From Candidatus Kaiserbacteria bacterium (GTDB taxonomy: Bacteria; Patescibacteriota; Minisyncoccia; Phycocordibacterales; UBA2100), in contig JACROD010000012.1 of assembly GCA_016214605.1 (NCBI GenBank), forward strand, positions 57 to 64,056: a DNA stretch of 64,000 nucleotides, given 5' to 3'. Shown piece after piece: positions 19,491-26,608 of the stretch. Position 1 is the stretch's first letter. The number at the start of each line of letters is the position of its first letter. Position numbers and translations under genes: made by a program. The notes under the pieces were generated by a model. That model worked only from the letters and a program-made list of their open reading frames with translations. It did no database searches and was not told the DNA's origin.

Positions 19491-20192
19491 ATGGAAAAAG
19501 AATCCTTCGAGCTTTTGCGGAGTATAGAAAGGTCATGGTGGTATCGCGGTCGCGCTGGAGCTATTCGTGCCGTGCTTGGTCGTGTGGGGCAGAAGGGGAT
19601 GATGGTACTTGATTATGGGGCAGGTTTCGGCGGTATGTGTGCGGAACTCGCTCCCTACGGTCAGGTCTTTGCCTTTGAGACCGATCCACGAGCATACGCA
19701 TCTGCGCGGCAAAGAGGGTATTTGGAACTATACAATGATGTTGAGAGCGCGCTGGGGCAATCATATGATCTCATCGCTCTTTTTGATGTGCTTGAGCACC
19801 TTCCCGATGATCGTGCATCTCTCATACAAATGCGAGAATCTTTTTCCAAATCAGGCAAAATTATACTCACCGTACCAGCGATGCCATTTTTGTGGAGCGT
19901 ACACGACACATCGCACCATCACTTCAGACGCTATACGCATTCCTCTTTACGTAGGGTGCTTGAAGAAGCTGGATATACGGTCGAGTACATGAGTTATTGG
20001 AATATGTTACTTTTTGTCCCGGCGGCGTTGGTGCGGTTGTTTGGCAGTGCAGGCGACGGCTCGTTACGCCTGTCTCCCATAGTCGACGCCCTCCTTTACC
20101 GCATTATCAGGGTCGAAGTCTTCTTGATGAGGTTCATTCGACTCCCGATTGGTATCAGTTTGGTGGCGCTTGTTCATACGAAGAACATGTAG
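19491..20192 (+). CDS. Class I SAM-dependent methyltransferase
   Basis: VLDYGAGFGGM (motif I), ...YDLIALFDVLEHLPD (motif II/III) and a C-terminal hydrophobic segment are present. Its ATG is 2 nt after the GT2 stop, so the genes are probably translationally coupled. Confidence 0.75.
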   Translation: MEKESFELLRSIERSWWYRGRAGAIRAVLGRVGQKGMMVLDYGAGFGGMCAELAPYGQVFAFETDPRAYASARQRGYLELYNDVESALGQSYDLIALFDVLEHLPDDRASLIQMRESFSKSGKIILTVPAMPFLWSVHDTSHHHFRRYTHSSLRRVLEEAGYTVEYMSYWNMLLFVPAALVRLFGSAGDGSLRLSPIVDALLYRIIRVEVFLMRFIRLPIGISLVALVHTKNM

Positions 20193-20292
20193 GGGTCCTA
20201 AGTATTCGGTCCTATAAAGCGGTCGCGACGAAATCCGCCGGGCGCACCCTTCATGATGAACACAGGAGACTTTTGTACTATACTGTACATAT

Positions 20293-21276
20293 ATGCAACC
20301 AAATAAAACGACCCCGAAGGATTTCTTTTTATGGGTAGGTGCCATGGTGGCTTTGTATGCGAGTGTGTTTGCGTTTATCGCGCTCATATTCGGATATCTC
20401 GACCATCTCTTTCCTGATCGGCTCTCTTACTACACGGGGGATGCATACTCAGGCAGCATCAGCTACGAGATGGCGGTCATCATCGTGCTCTTTCCGGTAT
20501 TCCTCGCGCTCATGCGCGTGATCCGCAGTACGATCATGCAGGATGTGACGCGTCGTGATATCTGGGTGCGTCGCTGGGCGCTTTTCCTCACACTCTTTAT
20601 TGCCGGAGCGGCTATGGCGGGCGACCTCATCACACTCATCATGTACTTCCTCAATGGCGATGTGACAATACGCTTCATACTCAAGGTCGTGGTGCTTCTC
20701 CTCGTTTCCGGCGGGGTGTTCATGCACTTCCTCGCCGACCTGCGCGGATATTGGGATCAGAATCCTGCTCGAGCCAAGATGCTTGGTTGGGCTGCGGGCG
20801 TGGTGCTCGTGATCACGATCGTGGCAGGGTTCTTCATCGTCGGCACGCCATGGCAGGCGCGTCTCTATCGCTACGATGATCAAAAGGTGAGTGATTTGCA
20901 AAACATCCAATACCAGATCGTCAATTACTGGCAGTCCAAGGAAATGTTGCCGGTGACGCTCGCCGACCTCGTCGATCCGATCAGTGGATTCATGGTGCCG
21001 GTCGACCCGCAGACAGGCGAGGCCTACCGCTATCAAGCAACCGGCATGTACAGCTTCCAGATCTGTGCCGACTTCAACGCCGAGACCCAGCAGTACAGCG
21101 CCAATGGCATTTCCCGTCCGATCCCGGCCAAGCCAATGGCGGTCGGCTCGACGACAGGAGGCCCCGATCTCAATGCCGAGCCATGGACCCATGGAGCGGG
21201 AGAAAAGTGCTTCGAGCGTACGATAGACCCGGATCGCTACCCACCGTTTTCCAAGCAAAAGAATCCGACACTTTAA
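20293..21276 (+). CDS. Polytopic membrane protein with a C-terminal periplasmic domain carrying a pseudopilin-like motif
   Basis: There are four to five TM helices followed by ...YQIVNYWQSKEMLPVTLADLVDPISGFMVPVDPQTGEAYRY. This resembles the GspG/type IV pilin C-terminal 'P.DPW/G..Y.Y' block. Confidence 0.5.
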   Translation: MQPNKTTPKDFFLWVGAMVALYASVFAFIALIFGYLDHLFPDRLSYYTGDAYSGSISYEMAVIIVLFPVFLALMRVIRSTIMQDVTRRDIWVRRWALFLTLFIAGAAMAGDLITLIMYFLNGDVTIRFILKVVVLLLVSGGVFMHFLADLRGYWDQNPARAKMLGWAAGVVLVITIVAGFFIVGTPWQARLYRYDDQKVSDLQNIQYQIVNYWQSKEMLPVTLADLVDPISGFMVPVDPQTGEAYRYQATGMYSFQICADFNAETQQYSANGISRPIPAKPMAVGSTTGGPDLNAEPWTHGAGEKCFERTIDPDRYPPFSKQKNPTL

Positions 21277-21279
21277 ATT

Positions 21280-21687
21280 ATGGGAATCGAAAGTGGCAAG
21301 CAGTCAGCGGCCATAACGCCGCAAGAAGCTATGGAGAGAGATGCGCTCCGTGCGACCATAGAAGATGAAAAAAAGAAAGAAAGGGAACATGAATTGTTCA
21401 AAGAAGCTGTTTTGGAGAAAGTAAACGGTCGTCTGGCTGACTTTGCTGAACAAAACTCCATTAAATATGAGTCGTTCCCACTGGGTGAGTGGGTTTCTCT
21501 GGATCAAGAAAATCAGGTGTCTTTTCATTGCAAGGAAAATTCTGATTGGGAGAAAATGTCATCATTTTTGGATTCTGAAGTCGCTACTTTCTCAGAAATG
21601 TTGGTGACTCAAGAGGGTGGACAGGTCATTTTGTATCCAGAAAAAGACCCCGCTCATCGGACCTACAAGATTACACTCAAGGGGTGA
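21280..21687 (+). CDS. Hypothetical protein (AT-rich gene immediately upstream of leuS)
   Basis: A 135 aa ORF with an ATG start. Its GC is well below the flanking genes. No recognisable motifs were found. Confidence 0.4.
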   Translation: MGIESGKQSAAITPQEAMERDALRATIEDEKKKEREHELFKEAVLEKVNGRLADFAEQNSIKYESFPLGEWVSLDQENQVSFHCKENSDWEKMSSFLDSEVATFSEMLVTQEGGQVILYPEKDPAHRTYKITLKG

Positions 21688-21706
21688 TTTGTGATATCGT
21701 ATTCCA

Positions 21707-24604
21707 ATGCGGCAGTACGATCACAAAAAGATAGAGAAAAGGTGGCAAAAAGAATGGGAAAAGAAAAAAGCCCATGTCGTCAAGGACAAGGTCGCCGGCA
21801 AGAAAAATGAGTATCTGCTCGTCGAATTCGCATATCCCTCGGGCAATCTCCATGTAGGACACTGGTATGCTTTTGCGGTCCCGGATATCTACGGGCGCTT
21901 CCGTCGCGCACAGGGGCGCAATGTCTTGTACCCGATGGGATTTGATGCTTTTGGTCTGCCTGCCGAAAATGCCGCGATCAAAAACAAGCTCAATCCGCGC
22001 ACGTGGACGTATGCCAATATCAAACACATGAAAGGTCAGCTCGCCTCGATGGGGGCGTCTTTCGATTGGAGTAGGGAAGTGATCACGTGCGATCCGGATT
22101 ATTATCGTTGGACACAGTGGCAGTTTCTCCAGTTTTACAAAAAAGGTCTCGCATACCAAAAAGAGACCGCCGCCAACTGGTGCCCCAACGACAAGACCGT
22201 GCTCGCCAACGAGCAAGTGGTCAATGGCCGCTGTGAGCGATGCGGCGCCGAAGTAGAACAGCGCCAGATGGTTCAGTGGAATCTCAAGATCACCGACTAC
22301 GCCGACCGCCTCATCGACGATCTCACCAAGCTCGATTGGCCGGAGCAGATCAAGGAGAGTCAGCGCAATTGGATCGGTCGGAGTGAGGGGGCCCAAATTG
22401 ATTTTTTCCTTAATTTCGAGAATCAAATATTTAATGATCGTATTGGACCCACCGGCAAGAAGGCTCATGTCACAGCGTTTACCACACGGCCCGATACACT
22501 CTATGGTGCCACGTATGTGGTGCTTGCACCGGAGCAGTCATGGCTCACGCGTGCTGTTTACGAAGATCAGATGCTTAAAAATAATGATGAGGTAAAAGCA
22601 TATATCGAAAAGACGAAGAAAAGAAGCGATCTTGAGCGCCAAGAGAATAAGGAAAAGAGCGGTATCAGACTCGAAGGTGTTAGTGCGATCAATCCCGCCA
22701 CCGGAGAGAAGATCCCGGTGTTTGTAGCGGATTATGTTCTCGGTAGCTATGGTACCGGGGTTGTCATGGCCGTGCCAGCGCACGACGAGCGCGATTTTGA
22801 ATTTGCCAAGAAGTTTGATCTGCCGATCAAGGCGGTGATTGAACCAATGTTCACTGCAAAAAACGGAGAAGATGCAGTTAAGGCAGAACTTCCATTAAAC
22901 AGGCGCGAAGCGGTTGTTTGTGTAGTTAAGCATTGGTCAGAAGATAAATATCTTTGTCTAAAGTGGAAAAAAGTAGCCTGGAGTGGCTTTGTCACCGGTG
23001 GCATTGACGGTAGTGAATCGAAAGAAGAAGCCGGTAAAAGAGAAATTCTTGAAGAAACTGGATACAAAAATGTCAGATTCATAAAAGAACTTGGTCAGGT
23101 TGTTAATGTGCAGTTTTACCACGTCCTAAAAAAAGAAAATCGCTGGGCACGATTCCAAGGATTACTCTTTGAATTAACTGATAGTGAGCAAGAACAAATA
23201 AGTGAAGAAGAGAAAGATATACATGATATTCACTGGCTTAATCGCGATGAAGTCGAAAAATTTCTTTCAGTTGGGGATATGAAGCTTATTTGGGATCGCG
23301 CAATGGGAAAAGAATCCGCATATACAGGTTCAGGCATCCTTGTAAGTTCTAGTCAATACGACGGACTTGCAAATCAAGAAGCCAAAAAATCGATCACCGA
23401 AAAGTTTGGCCGTGCCAAGAAGACCTACCGCCTGCGCGATTGGGGAGTATCGCGTCAGCGGTATTGGGGTGTGCCGATACCGATCATTCACTGTGATGAT
23501 TGTGGTGCGGTCCCGGTGCCCGACAAGGATTTGCCGGTCAAGCTTCCCGAGGTCAAAGACTATCTTCCCGCAGGAGATGGCAAATCGCCGCTCGCCAAGG
23601 CGACCAAATGGGTCAATGTAAAATGCCCCCAGTGCAAAGGCAAGGCGATGCGCGAGACGGATACCCTTGATACGTTTGTCGATTCGTCGTGGTATTTTCT
23701 GCGCTACACCGACCCTAAAAACAAGAAGCAATTCGCCAACAAGAAAAAGCAGGCGACCTGGATGCCGATCGATCTCTACTCGGGTGGTGCCGAGCACACC
23801 ACGATGCACTTGCTCTATAGTCGCTTTTGGCACAAGGCGCTCTATGATCTCAAGCTCGTCGGCGAGAAAGAGCCGTATACGCGCCGCATGAACCGCGGAC
23901 TCATCCTCGGTCCCGACGGCGCCAAGATGAGCAAATCAAAAGGCAATGTCATCGACCCGGATGCGGTGGTGGCCCAGCTGGGAGCTGATACGGTGCGCCT
24001 CTATCTCGCATTCATCGGTCCGTACAATGAAGCGGGTAGCTACCCATGGAATCCTGATTCGATTGTCGGCGTGCGCCGATTTCTCGAGCGCGTCTGGCGA
24101 CTAGGACAGTTAACAGTTGACAGTAAACAGTTGACAGCAGATGCGGAAGTCGAAAGATTGTTACATAAGACGATCAAGAAGGTGGGGGAGGATTGCGCGG
24201 AGATGAAATTCAACACCGCCATCTCGCAGATGATGATCTTCGTGAATACCGCTGAATCAAAAGGCATCACCCGCGCGCAGTATGCGACATTCGTGCGGCT
24301 CCTCGCGCCATTTGCACCACATATCACCGAAGAACTCTGGCATGAAATAGGTAATAAAAAGTCGGTCCATCTGGAGCCGTGGCCCAAGTACGACAAGAAG
24401 AAGCTCGTCTCCGACACGGTTACGATCATGATCCAGATCAACGGCAAGCTCAGGGGTGAGGTGCGGGTCGCCGCCGATGCCGACAAGGATACGGTCGAAT
24501 CGGCTGCCAAGCGCGCGGTCGCCGATCGTCTCACGGACCAGACCATTCAACGCACGATAGTTGTCCCTGGCCGTCTCGTGAATTTTGTCGTATTGACAAG
24601 GTAG
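21707..24604 (+). CDS. leuS: Leucyl-tRNA synthetase carrying an in-frame Nudix-hydrolase-like insertion
   Basis: HVGH (HIGH), CP1/editing-region landmarks (TTRPDTLYGATYVVLAPE, GTGVVMAVPAHDERDFEFA), RLRDWGVSRQRYWG, KMSKS, and anticodon/C-terminal domains are all collinear with bacterial LeuRS. An extra ~150-160 aa segment lies between ...LPIKAVIEP and GSGILVSSSQYDG... Confidence 0.95.
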   Translation: MRQYDHKKIEKRWQKEWEKKKAHVVKDKVAGKKNEYLLVEFAYPSGNLHVGHWYAFAVPDIYGRFRRAQGRNVLYPMGFDAFGLPAENAAIKNKLNPRTWTYANIKHMKGQLASMGASFDWSREVITCDPDYYRWTQWQFLQFYKKGLAYQKETAANWCPNDKTVLANEQVVNGRCERCGAEVEQRQMVQWNLKITDYADRLIDDLTKLDWPEQIKESQRNWIGRSEGAQIDFFLNFENQIFNDRIGPTGKKAHVTAFTTRPDTLYGATYVVLAPEQSWLTRAVYEDQMLKNNDEVKAYIEKTKKRSDLERQENKEKSGIRLEGVSAINPATGEKIPVFVADYVLGSYGTGVVMAVPAHDERDFEFAKKFDLPIKAVIEPMFTAKNGEDAVKAELPLNRREAVVCVVKHWSEDKYLCLKWKKVAWSGFVTGGIDGSESKEEAGKREILEETGYKNVRFIKELGQVVNVQFYHVLKKENRWARFQGLLFELTDSEQEQISEEEKDIHDIHWLNRDEVEKFLSVGDMKLIWDRAMGKESAYTGSGILVSSSQYDGLANQEAKKSITEKFGRAKKTYRLRDWGVSRQRYWGVPIPIIHCDDCGAVPVPDKDLPVKLPEVKDYLPAGDGKSPLAKATKWVNVKCPQCKGKAMRETDTLDTFVDSSWYFLRYTDPKNKKQFANKKKQATWMPIDLYSGGAEHTTMHLLYSRFWHKALYDLKLVGEKEPYTRRMNRGLILGPDGAKMSKSKGNVIDPDAVVAQLGADTVRLYLAFIGPYNEAGSYPWNPDSIVGVRRFLERVWRLGQLTVDSKQLTADAEVERLLHKTIKKVGEDCAEMKFNTAISQMMIFVNTAESKGITRAQYATFVRLLAPFAPHITEELWHEIGNKKSVHLEPWPKYDKKKLVSDTVTIMIQINGKLRGEVRVAADADKDTVESAAKRAVADRLTDQTIQRTIVVPGRLVNFVVLTR
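22847..23325 (+). other. Nudix hydrolase domain inserted in-frame into leuS; AT-rich relative to the rest of the gene
   Basis: The encoded segment contains GGIDGSESKEEAGKREILEETGY, a perfect Nudix box G-x5-E-x7-REUxEExGU. The DNA here (for example aaaaacggagaagatgcagttaaggcagaacttccattaaac) is far more AT-rich than flanking leuS sequence. The segment starts 1140 nt (380 codons) from the leuS ATG, so it is in frame. Confidence 0.7.
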
Positions 24605-24650
24605 TCTATCTGGACTATAGTTTTTTTAGAGGATTGGGGAGGGTAGGATC

Positions 24651-24887
24651 ATGCTGAAGCCAGTTTTTGCTTGCGCGCTCCTGTGCCTGAGCGCTTTTGC
24701 CGTCTCGCCCGCACATGCGTCTCTTGGCGACCAGACGAGCCTGAGTGTCGAAGAGGTGAACAAGCGCTATGCGCTTGCCGACTCGTCGGAGATTGCCAGG
24801 CTCGCGAGACTGTTCCGCGCCCTGCGGGAAGAGCAGGAGCGCGTGGACGATGTAATGAAGAAATGGGATCGGTGGCTGTTCCACTGA
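24651..24887 (+). CDS. Small secreted protein (signal peptide)
   Basis: MLKPVFACALLCLSAFAVSPAHA is a signal peptide. A good SD sequence (GGGGAGGG) lies upstream. Confidence 0.4.
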   Translation: MLKPVFACALLCLSAFAVSPAHASLGDQTSLSVEEVNKRYALADSSEIARLARLFRALREEQERVDDVMKKWDRWLFH

Positions 24888-24903
24888 ATAGAGGAGAAAA
24901 ACA

Positions 24904-25137
24904 ATGGTTGAACGTCTGCCTAATGTCAGCTTTGTTGGCGGAGTATGCGCTGGCATCGCTTACGAGTACGGCATCCCCGTATGCCTTGTACGCACTGCGG
25001 TAGCGATCGTGTGTGTGGCTCTTTTGTTCCCCACTCTGCTTTATATTTGGGAGTGGAAAGTTGGTTCCTCGGTGGACTATTATACGCCGGGCGACTACAA
25101 AGACAGGACATCCCTGTTCGGGCTCTTTGTGGACTAA
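24904..25137 (+). CDS. PspC-domain membrane protein
   Basis: RLPNVSFVGGVCAGIAYEYGIPVCLVRTAVAIVCVALLFPTLLYIWEW matches the PspC domain pattern (R...GVC.G.A..F.I...VR). Confidence 0.6.
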   Translation: MVERLPNVSFVGGVCAGIAYEYGIPVCLVRTAVAIVCVALLFPTLLYIWEWKVGSSVDYYTPGDYKDRTSLFGLFVD

Positions 25138-25310
25138 GGACAGGAGGGCTCACGCTTCGGTGCGGGCTCTTTTCTTTTTATTTCTTAAACACCCGCAGGC
25201 CGTTTGCGCCATCTTACCATAGTGTAGTCAACCACTCCGATCCTATTGCGTAGTTCGTTAGTATTACAGGCTACCACTTCAATCTCATTCTCGTAAGAAT
25301 CCAAACAAAA

Positions 25311-25349
25311 TAATATGCTATAATCACACGGCCGTGTATAAATAGCATA
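25311..25349 (+). promoter_or_regulatory. Promoter/operator block upstream of the PaaX-like regulator gene (copy 1 of a duplicated motif)
   Basis: The block is aatatgcTATAATcaCACGGCCGTGtataaatagcata. It holds a perfect -10 hexamer abutting a 12 bp palindrome ACACGGCCGTGT. It is about 85% identical over 39 nt to the block at 26022-26059. Confidence 0.55.
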
Positions 25350-25384
25350 CACGATTTTTATACATTCATACATCCGAATCAAGT

Positions 25385-25960
25385 ATGGGAGACATGGAAC
25401 GACGGGGCAAGAAACGTGCGCAAAAAAGAGACTTGCAGCGTGCTCTGTTGAGCGCTGTTGCCTTTGCGGGACTACTCGCACTCGCCGCCGTGCCCTCGAA
25501 TCTTCCCCTGGCTCTGGCCAGACTCGGCATGCTTCCTACAGGGCCCAAGGATGCGGGGACGGTCAACCGCGCGAGGAATCGACTCATCAAGAAAGGATTG
25601 TTGACGCGCACGAAAGACGGTTTCCTGCGTTTGACCCCGGCAGGCACACGTGCCATGCGCACGATCGAATTACAGGACTCCTTGCTCAAGAATTCCCGGC
25701 GATGGGACGGACGATGGCGTGTGCTCATCTTCGATATTCCCGAAAAGTACCGGAGGACGCGTGAGAAACTCAGGATGACGATCCTTTCCGTGGGCTTTGT
25801 CGGTTTGCAGGGCAGTGTGTGGGTCTTCCCGCACGATTGCGAAGACTTCGTGGCACTTCTCAAAGCCGATCTGCATATCGGAAACAATCTCTTGTACATG
25901 ATCGTCGATGAAATGGAAGCCGACGGTCCACTACGCAAACATTTCGGTTTAGATCAGTGA
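25385..25960 (+). CDS. PaaX-family transcriptional regulator (short form: winged helix plus PaaX middle domain)
   Basis: ...NRLIKKGLLTRTKDGFLRLTPAG is winged-helix-like. RWDGRWRVLIFDIPEKYRRTREKLRMTILSVGFVGLQGSVWVFP aligns with E. coli PaaX 'AWDGKWLLLLSEGLDKSTLADVKKQLIWQGFGALAPSLMASP'. Confidence 0.6.
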   Translation: MGDMERRGKKRAQKRDLQRALLSAVAFAGLLALAAVPSNLPLALARLGMLPTGPKDAGTVNRARNRLIKKGLLTRTKDGFLRLTPAGTRAMRTIELQDSLLKNSRRWDGRWRVLIFDIPEKYRRTREKLRMTILSVGFVGLQGSVWVFPHDCEDFVALLKADLHIGNNLLYMIVDEMEADGPLRKHFGLDQ

Positions 25961-26021
25961 GAAACAGGGAAGAGAGTTGGAAAGGGGCTTGATCATGTTG
26001 TGGAGTTAGGGATTGTTTGAA

Positions 26022-26059
26022 TATGCTATTTTCATACGGCCGTGTAAAGATAGTATAAG
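26022..26059 (+). promoter_or_regulatory. Promoter/operator block (copy 2) upstream of the hypothetical gene at 26158
   Basis: The block is aatatgctattttCATACGGCCGTGtaaagatagtata, with an ACGGCCGT palindrome core. It is near-identical to the block at 25311-25349. Confidence 0.55.
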
Positions 26060-26157
26060 GTTGTTTTGGGAACACATGGGAACACATGATGTTGATGTGC
26101 AGGAGAGAAGATGCTATCTTTTCCGTGGAAGGGTAGTTTGCAGGGGGGGGATGTGTT

Positions 26158-26562
26158 ATGTCCAAAGCCAAGATAGCCCTCAATACAGGGATCGCAGTTG
26201 TCTACGATGGTGACGATGTATACGGCCTAAAAATAGGGAAACCCGAGCCGGAAAACATCAGTGGGATGAACATTGCGGTGTTGTTGCAAATGGGAGGACC
26301 GTATATCAATCTTCTTGCGGGGCCGTACCCTTATAAAAAAGTGTACGACATCATGTCTCTGGAATGTCCGGCCTTTCGTATCGTCAAGAAGGTGTTGGAT
26401 GCGCGTGGGCTCGCCGACGAATATAAAATCGAAAGATCATTGTGTAAAAGTGATGTCATGGTACTTGCTGCAGAGGCGAGTAGGGAGATACTCGCGCTTG
26501 CCTTGGAAAGGCTTTGCGACAAAGAATACAGGCCTAGGGTCCTAGCAAATGAACGTGATTAA
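26158..26562 (+). CDS. Hypothetical protein, probable target of the PaaX-like regulator
   Basis: A 134 aa ORF with an ATG start, preceded by the duplicated operator block. No recognisable motifs were found. Confidence 0.45.
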   Translation: MSKAKIALNTGIAVVYDGDDVYGLKIGKPEPENISGMNIAVLLQMGGPYINLLAGPYPYKKVYDIMSLECPAFRIVKKVLDARGLADEYKIERSLCKSDVMVLAAEASREILALALERLCDKEYRPRVLANERD

Positions 26563-26608
26563 TTTTAATAAGTTCCGGGAGGCGACCCTCGGGACTTATT
26601 TCTTTGAA

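Noticed and set aside
24615-24956. A 113 aa minus-strand ORF overlapping the small secreted-protein and PspC genes
   Set aside because: It is antisense to two plus-strand genes that have good RBS and recognisable signal-peptide or PspC features. It has no motifs of its own.
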